This document shows, piece by piece, positions 1 through 10,035 of a stretch of 64,000 nt of DNA. Origin of the DNA: a virus (Duplodnaviria > Caudoviricetes). The notes under the pieces are model-generated. The model did not search any database and was not told where the DNA came from. It saw only the letters and a program-made list of their open reading frames with translations. Location of the stretch: the IMG/VR virus record IMGVR_UViG_3300005686_000008. One strand, given 5' to 3'. The position numbers were made by a program, and so were the translations under genes. Within the stretch, counting starts at the first letter, position 1. Each line of letters starts with the position of its first letter.

Positions 1-44
1 TAACCTTAAGGGTTACGGATTCATCTACTTTCGTAATAGGAAAG

Positions 45-1526
45 ATGAACAAGGATCTTTATCAGGAGTTCAAGAAAACTCTTGGATACAAAGATCCGAA
101 TGCTATTTGGCGAGGCAAAAACGCTAAAAACTGGGATGGCTATATAACAACAGTTTGTTATAGTCAAAAATATTGTAGATGCTCTATCAAGAAGGATGGG
201 GTTCATTTCCCAACAGGTCTTCTTAGTAGGGCTTTTGATTTTTTCAGGGCGTATGGTATCCCGGTGTCTTCTATTGATGAAAGAAGCGAGCCAAAAACTA
301 ACTCTGTTCAGATTTCTTGTAGCGATGAGTTTCAAACAAGAGACTATCAAGAAGATACTATAAACAAGGCAGTAAAGCAACAAAGAGGCATTATAAAGGT
401 TGCTACCGGCGGCGGAAAAACCGCTATAGGCGCTGGCATTATTCAGAAACTGTGCGTTTCTCCGTTCATATTTTATGTTACATCTAATGACTTGCTTAGG
501 CAGGCGCAGAGCGAACTTCAAAAGTTCTTAGTTATGAATGGTTCTCCGTTAGAAGTTGGAATGATCGGCGGCGGTAAGTTTGACATAAAAGCAGTAAATG
601 TTATGACTGTTCAAACCGCTGTGCGAGCGGTTGGAGAGAAGTATAAGAAGTTTGATGATGAAGATGAAGAAGAAAAGATATCAGAAGAATTGCAACAGAA
701 AAGAGACGCAATTGCTGATTTGATTCATAATGCAAAGGGAATGATTTGCGACGAAGTTCAGCATTGGGCTGCTGAAACTTGCCAGGTTCTTGCGGACCAT
801 TCTGTTAATGCTCGTTTTAGGTTTGGTCTTTCGGCAACTCCTTGGAGAGACATGGGGGATGACCTCCTTATTGACTCTTGTTTTGGAAAGCTGATTAACG
901 AAATAAATGCATCCTTCCTTATTAGGAAGGGAATACTGGTCAAGCCAACTATATACTTCGTTCATACTAAAAAGAACTTTGATGAAGATGTCGCGTATAA
1001 TACTGTTTACAAAGAAGGCATAGTTACTAATGAGGAAAGAAATGTTCTTATTGCGAATATTGCTAAGAACATGGTAGATAATAATAGGCACGTTCTTATC
1101 CTTGTGCGACATATTGAACATGGTGAATTGCTTGAGTCTTTGATTCCAAATAGCTTTTTCGTAAATGGAACTCATGGTCATAAAGCAAGGGCCGATCATA
1201 TTGATGGTATGAGGAAAAAGGAAATTCCTGTAACTATTGCTACATCAATTTTTGATGAAGGCGTAGATGTAAAGCCTCTTGATGGCCTTATTTTGGCAGG
1301 ATCTGGTAAGTCTCAGACTAGAGCTTTGCAGCGAATCGGAAGAGTTATTAGAACGTTTGAAGACCCATCCACGGGTTTTGTGAAGAAAGACGCATTTATC
1401 GTTGATTTTTACGATCATATGAAGTATATGCTGTCTCATAGCAAAGCCAGAAGAAGAATCTACGAAACAGAGCCAGAGTTCGTAATTCGAGACTTTAAAG
1501 GCGAAGGTCATGCCTCGCAAACCTGA
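45..1526 (+). CDS. SF2 DEAD/DEAH-box helicase (UvsW/XPB-like)
   Basis: Q-motif RDYQ, Walker A ATGGGKT, DEVQH, SATP, QRIGRVIR. Confidence 0.9.
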   Translation: MNKDLYQEFKKTLGYKDPNAIWRGKNAKNWDGYITTVCYSQKYCRCSIKKDGVHFPTGLLSRAFDFFRAYGIPVSSIDERSEPKTNSVQISCSDEFQTRDYQEDTINKAVKQQRGIIKVATGGGKTAIGAGIIQKLCVSPFIFYVTSNDLLRQAQSELQKFLVMNGSPLEVGMIGGGKFDIKAVNVMTVQTAVRAVGEKYKKFDDEDEEEKISEELQQKRDAIADLIHNAKGMICDEVQHWAAETCQVLADHSVNARFRFGLSATPWRDMGDDLLIDSCFGKLINEINASFLIRKGILVKPTIYFVHTKKNFDEDVAYNTVYKEGIVTNEERNVLIANIAKNMVDNNRHVLILVRHIEHGELLESLIPNSFFVNGTHGHKARADHIDGMRKKEIPVTIATSIFDEGVDVKPLDGLILAGSGKSQTRALQRIGRVIRTFEDPSTGFVKKDAFIVDFYDHMKYMLSHSKARRRIYETEPEFVIRDFKGEGHASQT

Positions 1527-2613
1527 AATTTATAGTAATCTATTTGCAACTAGCGAAAGAGACTTGATGCTTGTTGATGCTGTCAATGCGCAATCTCAGT
1601 TTCTTTCTATGCCAAATCCGTATATTGGTAACAAGAGAAAGATATTGGCATCTATTTTCAAAGAGATATATGATGCTCTTCCATACAATGATATAAAGTC
1701 GCTTTGTGACCTTTTTGGCGGGAGCTTTGTTGTAGGAACGTTTTTTAGAGAAATGGGCAAAGAGGTATATGCAAATGAACTTCTTTTATCTTCATTTGTC
1801 AATGGCTATGCGTTGAATTTTGCAACTGAAGGATTTATTACAGAAGAAGAGTGGAAGTTTTTGCTTGATAGCAGAGATGTACAAAGTACAGATTTCTTTG
1901 TAAGCGATAAATATGGAGATTCTAGGTTTACAAAGAGAGAAGCGGAGTATATTGATGCTTTTTATACAAACTCTGCAAGGCTTTTTGGCGTTAACTCTCC
2001 AAAGTTCTATGTTGCCAATGCGAGTCTTATGCAGTTTATAATGACTCATTGCTTTGTTGGCGGAAGGCTTAATAGCGGTCAAGTTATCGCTTCTCTTGAG
2101 CATAGATTACAGCATCAGAGAAATGAAAATTCAGAGATGAACTTCTATCGAATGAAGCCTCTTGTTTATAATAGGAAAGGGATTCAACCTCATTTGTACA
2201 ATGATGATGTTTTTGATTTTCTTAAGAGGGAAGAATCTTCAAAGATTGATATGTTTTATATAGATCCGCCATACGGAGGGCAGCAGAGCGATTACGCATT
2301 CATGTACAAGTTTTTTGAAGAGTATTTGGCTAGAAAGTCTTTTGATGAAATTGAATACTTGAAACTTGCTTCTAAGAAGTTTTCAAAGGCTAAAACGTAT
2401 GGGGAATCATTTGAGAATCTTCTCGTTGCCTTGCCAAAAGAATCTTATTGGGTGCTTAGCTATAACGATAGTAGCTGGTCCGATATCGGGACGATATCAG
2501 GTATGATAGAGAAGCACAAGAAGACTGTTGTGGTTAAGGAAATAGAATACGATTATAAGTACAGGGCTTCTGGAAATACAACAGGAGTCGAGTATCTAAT
2601 CATTGGTAAATGA
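1510..2613 (+). CDS. DNA adenine methyltransferase (D12/Dam-FokI-like, alpha order)
   Basis: YIGNKRK, DLFGGS (SAM-binding motif I), YIDPPY, LSYND. Confidence 0.88.
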   Translation: MPRKPEIYSNLFATSERDLMLVDAVNAQSQFLSMPNPYIGNKRKILASIFKEIYDALPYNDIKSLCDLFGGSFVVGTFFREMGKEVYANELLLSSFVNGYALNFATEGFITEEEWKFLLDSRDVQSTDFFVSDKYGDSRFTKREAEYIDAFYTNSARLFGVNSPKFYVANASLMQFIMTHCFVGGRLNSGQVIASLEHRLQHQRNENSEMNFYRMKPLVYNRKGIQPHLYNDDVFDFLKREESSKIDMFYIDPPYGGQQSDYAFMYKFFEEYLARKSFDEIEYLKLASKKFSKAKTYGESFENLLVALPKESYWVLSYNDSSWSDIGTISGMIEKHKKTVVVKEIEYDYKYRASGNTTGVEYLIIGK

Positions 2614-2614
2614 T

Positions 2615-3460
2615 ATGGAAAAGAAGGGCAAAAAGATGCAAACTAGCGCTGATGACATGATGTTGGGTATTTTGTCGCGAAGTCATAAGGATACGGCCAA
2701 TAGAGTTTCTTCAAAGGATACATTAGAGATTATTGATGTGCCCAGCAAGCCGGCCAAGATATGCAAGTGGAAAGATATCAAGGTTAAAAAGGCTTATGCA
2801 ACAGTTCCGGTGAGCGAATGGGGTAGTAAGAAGTTCTTTTTATACTTCAGAAGCCTTTGCGGAGACAAGGACAAGTCTTTGAAGGAAGTATTTGATTCGA
2901 GTATTGGAGTTGCAAGACAGGCGGCTTTTATAGATTCTGTAAAGCAAGAGTTTTTGAAGAAGACAGATAAAGTTGTAACCAAAGAGACTCTCAAAGAATA
3001 TATTGAGTGGTTTGTTTCAACTCAATTAGATTCGCTAGTTAGTAGTTCTCAGTTTACTATATACTGTTTGAAGTATGAAAGATATATAAGTAGGTTTTTG
3101 AAAGAGAATGATAATAAGCAATTAGTCGTAGAAGAAACTAAGATTATTGATTTTTCGAATATTGATAAGATGTTTGACTCTGGAGGAGTTAATTTCTTAT
3201 TGAGCTATGGTCTTGTTATATCTTTTGTTTGGCTTCACAAGAAGAAGAATTTGTCTTCTGTTGACGCAAAAGAGGCTATTGTTAGGTTCTATAAGGATGC
3301 AACGAGATCAGGAGACGCTATTGCAGCAAAAATACGAGATGTAACTGCTAAGTTTTCTCCTTATTCGCCAGATTACATTGATCGTAATTTGGAAGAGCTT
3401 TTGAAAACCTGTAAGGTTGAAAGAGTTGAGTTTACAAACAAAGGAAAGAAGTACGTTTAA
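2615..3460 (+). CDS. hypothetical protein
   Basis: Long ORF tightly packed between neighbours; ATG at 2615. Confidence 0.65.
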   Translation: MEKKGKKMQTSADDMMLGILSRSHKDTANRVSSKDTLEIIDVPSKPAKICKWKDIKVKKAYATVPVSEWGSKKFFLYFRSLCGDKDKSLKEVFDSSIGVARQAAFIDSVKQEFLKKTDKVVTKETLKEYIEWFVSTQLDSLVSSSQFTIYCLKYERYISRFLKENDNKQLVVEETKIIDFSNIDKMFDSGGVNFLLSYGLVISFVWLHKKKNLSSVDAKEAIVRFYKDATRSGDAIAAKIRDVTAKFSPYSPDYIDRNLEELLKTCKVERVEFTNKGKKYV

Positions 3461-3471
3461 GGAGTTTTATA

Positions 3472-4002
3472 GTGAGTGTTAGAATTTTTGCAAATGAAGA
3501 GATTTACGGATACTCTGTTGTCTTGATTGATGAAAGCGGCAAGAATATTGGAGAGACCAATAAGAAGAATGCCATTTTTCAGGCGAAAGGCAAGGGTCTA
3601 GATCTTGTTCAAGTAGGGAAAACGCAACAAGGTATGCCTATTTGCAAGTATGCAGATGCTGGTAAGATGAAGTTTGAGGCTTCGAAAAAGAAAACCTCAT
3701 CTAAGCCTGTTGAAACAAAAGAAATGATGTTTCATCTTAAGACTGGTGAGAATGATATACAGATTAAGAAGACGAAGATTAGAAATATGCTTGGTAAGAA
3801 ATGTATTGTTAAGTTTGGTATTGAGCTAAAAGGAAGAGAAAGAGCATTCATGGCTAATGCTAAAGAACTTTTGACAAAAGCCGTGTCTGACTTGAGTGAT
3901 GTAGCAAAATGGGACGAAATGAGAGTATCAGACAACATTGTTTTTGTGGTACTTAAGCCCATTAAAGAACATAATCATGACGAAAAAACAACCAAAGTCT
4001 AA
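3472..4002 (+). CDS. infC: translation initiation factor IF-3
   Basis: NEEI, GLDLVQV, PICKYADAGKMKFE, KEMMF..KTGEND, KGRE; SD AAGGAG before GTG start. Confidence 0.9.
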   Translation: MSVRIFANEEIYGYSVVLIDESGKNIGETNKKNAIFQAKGKGLDLVQVGKTQQGMPICKYADAGKMKFEASKKKTSSKPVETKEMMFHLKTGENDIQIKKTKIRNMLGKKCIVKFGIELKGRERAFMANAKELLTKAVSDLSDVAKWDEMRVSDNIVFVVLKPIKEHNHDEKTTKV

Positions 4003-5341
4003 CCCAAGCGAATCAAAGGACTGTTCAACATCTATTGGTGGAGATTGTTTTATTCATGACGTTTTTGGTCGCAGTCACAAGGTAAAAGATTTGGCGAACC
4101 TATCTTTGAGTGATTCTCCAATTAGTGTTTATGGATTCAATAACACCACTTGGAAAATGGAGAAAATGAACATATCTGATGTTAAGATTTGCGAATCCAA
4201 TCAGGATTTGATAAAGCTTACTTGTGCAAGCAATTTTATTGAAATAGCAAGTAGTCAGGATGTTCTTGTAAACAGGAATGGAGACCTTTTCAACATAGAA
4301 GCCAAGGATATAGCAATTGGCGATCTTGTAATGGTCCCGAAGTTTCTTCCTAGACACGAAAAGAACTTCTCATTAAATGACGTATTTCCGGGAAAGAAAA
4401 GCGGTAAGATAAAAGCAAGAAGCGGTAGTAAGATTCATACTGCTGATGTAAGGGTTTCTGTAAGATTCATAACAACTCTTGCTGTTATATCGGGCATGAT
4501 AGATGCCGGTGGCTTTTACGATACTAAGAGCGGAGATGTTCTTTTTCATAGTAAGAGCAGGGTTGTTTGTCACTTATTAGCAAGCTTTTTGCAAGATACA
4601 TTTCTTGTAGAACCTGAAGTAAAGAATGATTCTGTTAGATTTCAGAATAAAGTTGTTGCTATGGTTATTGATAGCTTTTTGAATAACCTAGCCTCGCAAA
4701 ATCAAGAGATGATTTGCTATTATTTGTCAGGATATTTTCATACAGGTTCTAAGTTTGGATTTGTAGATGAGTTAGAAGGAACAACGAATAAACCCTTCGT
4801 TTCTATGCCTATAAACAATGAAGTAGTTTTTGATAGGCTTAGAAAGTCTTTGCTATTGTTTGGTATAGTTCCATTCAGAAGCGAAAAATGTTGTACTATT
4901 ATAGATAGTAGTCATATTGAAGACTTTTTTACTAGTATTCCAATACTTCATAAGGAAATGGTTGTCAAAGTCGAACAATTCATGAACGACTTTTTGGAGA
5001 ACCCCTCATACATAGTTGATCTTTTGGGATATAAGTTTGGGAAGTCCTTGTCGTATCTCAAGAGTGTATGTAAAATTCCTGAAAACAAATATAAGAAGAT
5101 TGAATGTTTTGAAAAAGAATCTTCAATCATGAGCTACTTGATAGCAGACCAACTTAACTCTTTTATAAAGCATAGATTTATAGATGTATCTAAGTCTCCA
5201 ATATCAAAACTGGTTGATTCTTCCGTTGTTGGAGTAAGGGTTTTGAAGAAAGAGAATATTGGAAATAGAACTTCTTATAGTATTTCCTGCGAAAAGAATT
5301 ACAGCTTTTTCATCAATGGAATATTGTGCTACAACAATTGA
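3977..5341 (+). CDS. free-standing degenerate intein (Hint + LAGLIDADG-like) with no host exteins
   Basis: Block A-like SIGGDCFIHDVFGRSHKVKDL, AKDIAIGDLVMVP, LAGLIDADG-like ISGMIDAGG and YLSGYFHTG, block F/G-like YSISCEKNYSFFINGILCYNN then stop. Confidence 0.75.
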   Translation: MTKKQPKSNPSESKDCSTSIGGDCFIHDVFGRSHKVKDLANLSLSDSPISVYGFNNTTWKMEKMNISDVKICESNQDLIKLTCASNFIEIASSQDVLVNRNGDLFNIEAKDIAIGDLVMVPKFLPRHEKNFSLNDVFPGKKSGKIKARSGSKIHTADVRVSVRFITTLAVISGMIDAGGFYDTKSGDVLFHSKSRVVCHLLASFLQDTFLVEPEVKNDSVRFQNKVVAMVIDSFLNNLASQNQEMICYYLSGYFHTGSKFGFVDELEGTTNKPFVSMPINNEVVFDRLRKSLLLFGIVPFRSEKCCTIIDSSHIEDFFTSIPILHKEMVVKVEQFMNDFLENPSYIVDLLGYKFGKSLSYLKSVCKIPENKYKKIECFEKESSIMSYLIADQLNSFIKHRFIDVSKSPISKLVDSSVVGVRVLKKENIGNRTSYSISCEKNYSFFINGILCYNN

Positions 5342-5374
5342 TGTTGTGCTTTGGTTATGAAAATGACAGAATAT

Positions 5375-5382
5375 GCCGAGAA
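5375..5382 (+). promoter_or_regulatory. putative -10 element (GCCGAGAA), 6 nt before ATG 5389
   Basis: Instance of the recurrent intergenic NNCGA motif; no SD sequence before this ATG. Confidence 0.45.
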
Positions 5383-5388
5383 TGATTT

Positions 5389-6255
5389 ATGTTGGATCTT
5401 AGTCTAATCATAAAGAAATATCGTTACAGCTTTTACAAGTCTGCCGGTAACGAAAATGGTAAACCTGCTCCGTGTCCGCATTATGCTGGCGGAGATCAGT
5501 GTTCCCGCAAAGAGGGTTGTTTTTGTAAGAAGCTAGCAGAAATACGAGGCAATATTGACTATGTTATCCCTTCAGAGTATAGAGATCTAACAATAGAAAA
5601 TGCTAGCGGAATCATAGTATCCAAAGATGGTGTTGAACAGCATGTTTGGAGCGAAGATAATAGACTTGAAATACAAAATACATTACGCAACTATTTATTT
5701 GGCGGAGTTGATCGAGTCCTTTTGACTGGAGGACGAGAATCATATAACAAGTATTCTCAAATGGATAAGCGATTCTCAGATGGAGACGCTGTTATTATTC
5801 ATGGAGATAATTTGATTGGGAAAAAGGAAGGCAAACAATCTCCAAGGTTCTTGCCGGCAGGCAAAACAATGATTGCTTGTTTGATTCTCAAAGAAGCGAT
5901 ATGGAGAAAATTGTTTGCAACTAATAGAGCGGATACTTATTCTGTAATTTCATATCAAACTCTTAAGCAAGATTTGAAGCTTCGAACAGAGAGGTCTTAT
6001 GATTTGAAAGAATGCGATTGGCTTTGTATTGATGATATAAGTTTACCCCTAAGAGAAGATGATTTTAATCATCAACAGTTTGTTACTTTGTTTGATGATT
6101 TTTTGATGACAAGAATAGAACAAAAATTGCCAACAATTTTGGTTTGCAGTTTTGATGTGTTGGCAAAAGATTATACTCATAGCCTTGGATATACTTTTCA
6201 AAAGATGGTGTCTTCTAAGAATTCTTGGCTTATTTCTGTTGGAGGGGGAAAATGA
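5389..6255 (+). CDS. DnaC/IstB-like AAA+ helicase loader with N-terminal Cys/His cluster
   Basis: CPH...C...CFC, IPSEYRDLT, GKT, Walker B LCIDDI, sensor-like LPTILVCS; lies directly upstream of DnaB. Confidence 0.7.
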   Translation: MLDLSLIIKKYRYSFYKSAGNENGKPAPCPHYAGGDQCSRKEGCFCKKLAEIRGNIDYVIPSEYRDLTIENASGIIVSKDGVEQHVWSEDNRLEIQNTLRNYLFGGVDRVLLTGGRESYNKYSQMDKRFSDGDAVIIHGDNLIGKKEGKQSPRFLPAGKTMIACLILKEAIWRKLFATNRADTYSVISYQTLKQDLKLRTERSYDLKECDWLCIDDISLPLREDDFNHQQFVTLFDDFLMTRIEQKLPTILVCSFDVLAKDYTHSLGYTFQKMVSSKNSWLISVGGGK

Positions 6256-7802
6256 TTAATGATTCGGAAGCCCAACAAAAGCTTCTTAATATTCTTTTGA
6301 ATAATCAAGGGCTAATCCCTGAGTTTATTGCTGAACAAATTAGTCCAGAACATTTTGATACAAAGTGTAAGATAATTGTTCATGGTATTATCAATTCGTA
6401 TAAAGAAGAACAAAAGTTTACAGAAGAGTATTATCTTGATTTTGTTGCGAGATCTGTTGCAAATGGCGATTATAGGAAATGGACAGAAAGCGAAGTCTCT
6501 AGTTCTAAGCTTGCTGTTGTTGCCGAACGCAATAACTATACAAGCATAAAAGACCTTGAAAGAGTTGATCGTAATGATTTCCCTCTTATGGTTAGAAGAG
6601 TTAGAGAGGGATTTCTAAAGAAAGAATCAACTAGGTTATTAGAAAAATTTAACGGTAAGAAGTCTCAAGACTGGGCAATGGCAATTGATGGTTTAACGGA
6701 AGATCTGGTTCTGTTGAGAGCGAGTTCTTCTGATGGTAAAATTGCAACATGGGCGGATGTTTCTAATTACGGAGATGATTGGTACAAGAGTCTTGAAGAA
6801 GAGATTAAAAACCCGAAGAAAACTCTTCCTACAGGAATAAAGCCATTTGATGATACAATGCCAATTGGTCTTGATATTGGTTCTCTAACGCTTATTGTAG
6901 CTGACGTAGGCGGATATAAGTCGGCAACGATGATTAATATGGCCTTGAATGTATGTAAAGAATCTCAAGAAAATGTGCTGTATGTATCTTTGGAAATGCC
7001 TAAAGATAGGCTTATGCAAAGAATCATATCAAGAGAGTCCGGGGTTCCTTCGGAGAAGCTTTCGAAACCTCAAATGCTGAAAGATGAGGATAAAGAAAAG
7101 ATTAAGAGGGCTATCGAGGATTTCAAGAAGATAGAATCTAAGTTTGTTATATTAGATGCTCAGGAAAGAATGACTGTTTCTAAGATTAGAGCAGAAATAG
7201 AGAAGAGATATCATTTCTTCAGGCCAAGGCTTGTTGTTATTGACTATATTTCCATTCTTGGCCCTGACCCTTGGTATCAAAAACTGGCCGAGCATTCTTG
7301 GTACGGTCAGATGTGCAAAGACCTTAGACAACTTGGAAGGAAAATGGGATTTGCTGTTCTTTCGGCAGTTCAGTTGAATAGAGAAGCAATTAAGTCGTTG
7401 AGAAATCAGAAAGATGGTAAACAGAGTGTCGGTTCTGATGCTCTTAGGGGTTCTCATGATTTCTCTGCTGATGCTGATCATATTTATGCGCAGTTCCCTC
7501 ATCCAGAAGCTAAAGATAAATTGTTCCTTGTTTGTATCAAATCCAGATATGGTTCTACTATGTTTGGATCTATGAAGAATGAATCAAAAGCTGAGATAGA
7601 AGTAAATCCTCATATTGGTAAGGTTTACTATTCTGTCAATGCAACGTATAATTTCTCTGAAGAGTCTTCAAGTTTCGTCAAGAAGGCTGAAGACATGGTA
7701 GTTAATCCTGATATTGATTTGTCATTCGATTTAGAACCGCCTCCGCCTGCCATAAAGAAACCATCTAGAAAGCAGGTTTCAGATTTAGGTTTTGATCTAT
7801 GA
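6252..7802 (+). CDS. dnaB: replicative DNA helicase DnaB-like
   Basis: PTGI..FD, Walker A variant ADVGGYKS, YVSLEM, VVIDYI, VQLNR, DAD, KSRYG. Confidence 0.9.
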   Translation: MINDSEAQQKLLNILLNNQGLIPEFIAEQISPEHFDTKCKIIVHGIINSYKEEQKFTEEYYLDFVARSVANGDYRKWTESEVSSSKLAVVAERNNYTSIKDLERVDRNDFPLMVRRVREGFLKKESTRLLEKFNGKKSQDWAMAIDGLTEDLVLLRASSSDGKIATWADVSNYGDDWYKSLEEEIKNPKKTLPTGIKPFDDTMPIGLDIGSLTLIVADVGGYKSATMINMALNVCKESQENVLYVSLEMPKDRLMQRIISRESGVPSEKLSKPQMLKDEDKEKIKRAIEDFKKIESKFVILDAQERMTVSKIRAEIEKRYHFFRPRLVVIDYISILGPDPWYQKLAEHSWYGQMCKDLRQLGRKMGFAVLSAVQLNREAIKSLRNQKDGKQSVGSDALRGSHDFSADADHIYAQFPHPEAKDKLFLVCIKSRYGSTMFGSMKNESKAEIEVNPHIGKVYYSVNATYNFSEESSSFVKKAEDMVVNPDIDLSFDLEPPPPAIKKPSRKQVSDLGFDL

Positions 7803-8434
7803 GCGTAATACTAGATACAATTTCCAAATCAATTAAGATAACTGATTATCTTGCTTCCAAGAATGTTTCATGGAATAGCCATGAGGGAGATAGATATAAA
7901 TACAGATGTCCTCTTCCTACTCATACAAAAGATAATACTCCATCTTTCTTTGTGTATGACAAACCTGATGGACAAGATTTTTATTGTTATGGATGTAAAT
8001 GCGCTGGAGGGATAGTCCAGCTTGTTTCTGCATATGAACAAATATCTATAAGGGATACAGTAGAGAGGCTTCTAAAAGGCCTCAATATAAATATTGATGA
8101 TGTAGTTGATTCTATAATCAGAGAAATAATCGTTTACTCTGAATCTGGTGATAAGGATGATAAAGATGAGGGAATCGTCGCTTCTTCACTGTTTATTAGT
8201 TCTCATATGCATGATTTCTTAACAAAAGTAGATTTCAACAGCGAAGACCTTGCAATTGCTGAAAAGGTGTTTGCTATGGTGGATTCTTATGTGCTGGTTG
8301 ACAGACTAGACGATTTAGAAAAACTAGCGAAAGCGATACCTGCAAGAACTAAGATAAGATACGAGATATATCTAGATAAAAAGAAGAGAGAAGAGATAGA
8401 AAAACTGAGAGGATCAAAAGTAAATGAGATATGA
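7799..8434 (+). CDS. stand-alone CHC2 zinc-finger (DnaG primase zinc-binding domain) protein
   Basis: CPLPTH.KDNTPSF...FYCYGCKCAGGIVQLV; no TOPRIM domain follows. Confidence 0.85.
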   Translation: MSVILDTISKSIKITDYLASKNVSWNSHEGDRYKYRCPLPTHTKDNTPSFFVYDKPDGQDFYCYGCKCAGGIVQLVSAYEQISIRDTVERLLKGLNINIDDVVDSIIREIIVYSESGDKDDKDEGIVASSLFISSHMHDFLTKVDFNSEDLAIAEKVFAMVDSYVLVDRLDDLEKLAKAIPARTKIRYEIYLDKKKREEIEKLRGSKVNEI

Positions 8435-9182
8435 GTTGCATAATACTGATTGCTTGAGTCTGTCAACAGATTTAGTAGATCTTGTTTATATGGACCCTCC
8501 GTATAGCTGCGAAGGCGAAGATGTATACTATGGAGAAGGTAAAACTTTTGATGACTTTATAACGTATATGCATAATCGTTTTGATAATATTCGAAAGTTA
8601 ATGAAGCCAAACTCTAGTATACTTGTTCATATGGATTATAAAGCTATTCATTACATAAAAGTTTTGATGGATGAAGTTTTTGGAAGAGAAAACTTCATGA
8701 ATGAAATAATATGGTGCTTTAGTAATCCTGCGAGTACAAAGAGATGGTTGCCGAGAAAGCATAATACTATTCTTTGGTATGGTCTTGGAAATTATACGTT
8801 TAACCAGCCTCGAATTCCATATAAAACGAAGATGAATGTTGGCGGAGATGCCGCATGGTCAAAAGAGAAGATTCCTTGGGAACATTACGAAAAAAGAGGT
8901 AAGCTGCTTGAGGACTGGTGGGTTGATATTCCTGCTATTTGCAGGAACGAGCCAGAAAAGAATGGATATGCAACGCAGAAGCCGTTGAAACTTATGGAAA
9001 GAGTTGTTGATATTTGGAGTAATCCTGGCGACAGGGTTTTGGACCCATTTTGCGGTAGCGGTTCATTGCTTGAAGCGGCAATAATTAAAAATAGATTTCC
9101 AGTTGGATGCGACAAAAATCAAAAGGCCCTAGAAATAGCAAAATCAAGACTTGAAGCGGTAAAAACGATTTTTTCGGAGTGA
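8424..9182 (+). CDS. DNA methyltransferase N6A/N4C (beta order)
   Basis: YMDPPY, NEIIW, YATQKP, VLDPFCGSG. Confidence 0.92.
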   Translation: MRYELHNTDCLSLSTDLVDLVYMDPPYSCEGEDVYYGEGKTFDDFITYMHNRFDNIRKLMKPNSSILVHMDYKAIHYIKVLMDEVFGRENFMNEIIWCFSNPASTKRWLPRKHNTILWYGLGNYTFNQPRIPYKTKMNVGGDAAWSKEKIPWEHYEKRGKLLEDWWVDIPAICRNEPEKNGYATQKPLKLMERVVDIWSNPGDRVLDPFCGSGSLLEAAIIKNRFPVGCDKNQKALEIAKSRLEAVKTIFSE

Positions 9183-10033
9183 TTATGAGTTTACTAAATA
9201 CTATTATACTAAGCGATGTACTTGATGGACTTAAGAAAATTCCAGATGAAAGCGTTCATATGGTTGTTTCTTCTCCACCGTACAATATAGATCTTAAGGG
9301 ATATGGCAATAGAAACGATAATGATCCTTATCATGTTTATGTTTCTTGGCTAAAGGATATATTCATTCAATGTAAAAGAATTCTTGTTGATGGAGGAAGA
9401 CTTGTCATCAATATAGATTCCGTTAGAAATCGTCAAGATGATGAAGAATATATGAGACCGATTGCTGGCGATTTAATAAACGCTGGTAGAGAAGTCGGAC
9501 TAAAGTATAGAACTGAAATTTGCTGGTACAAACAGAATTGGTCTGGTAGGGCTACCGCTTTTGGTTCGTATATGTCTTGTTCAAATCCTGCTATTAGAAG
9601 AAATCATGAGTATATTATGGTTTGGTCTAAGGGAAACTGGAAACTTGAGGGAGATCCAGAGCTTTCGGATATGACTTCAGAAGAGTTCCAGAATTGGACT
9701 TTTAGTACATGGTTTATTCAACCAGAAACAAGAAATCTCAACGATCATCCTGCTCCTTATCCAGAAGAATTAGTTAGAAGATTAGTCAAGCTATTTACAT
9801 ATAGGGGAAATACTGTTGTAGATCCATTCATGGGAACTGGAACGACAGGCGTTGTTGCTAAAGTTCTTGGTAGAAACTATATTGGTATTGATAATTCTCC
9901 TGATGATGTTGAGTTTGCTAAAAAGAGAATAGATTCTGTATCCAATATTTTTGATGATTATATTCCAAGATCTGATAGGATAAAGGCCGCAAAAAAGGAC
10001 GATATACAAACGGAGATGAACAAGGTTTTCTGA
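9179..10033 (+). CDS. DNA methyltransferase N4C/N6A (beta order)
   Basis: SSPPYN, HPAPYPEEL, VVDPFMGTGTT. Confidence 0.92.
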   Translation: MIMSLLNTIILSDVLDGLKKIPDESVHMVVSSPPYNIDLKGYGNRNDNDPYHVYVSWLKDIFIQCKRILVDGGRLVINIDSVRNRQDDEEYMRPIAGDLINAGREVGLKYRTEICWYKQNWSGRATAFGSYMSCSNPAIRRNHEYIMVWSKGNWKLEGDPELSDMTSEEFQNWTFSTWFIQPETRNLNDHPAPYPEELVRRLVKLFTYRGNTVVDPFMGTGTTGVVAKVLGRNYIGIDNSPDDVEFAKKRIDSVSNIFDDYIPRSDRIKAAKKDDIQTEMNKVF

Positions 10034-10035
10034 TA

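Noticed and set aside
1-15. Inverted repeat TAACC-TTAAG-GGTTA
   Set aside because: It is short and truncated by the window edge, so it cannot be assessed.
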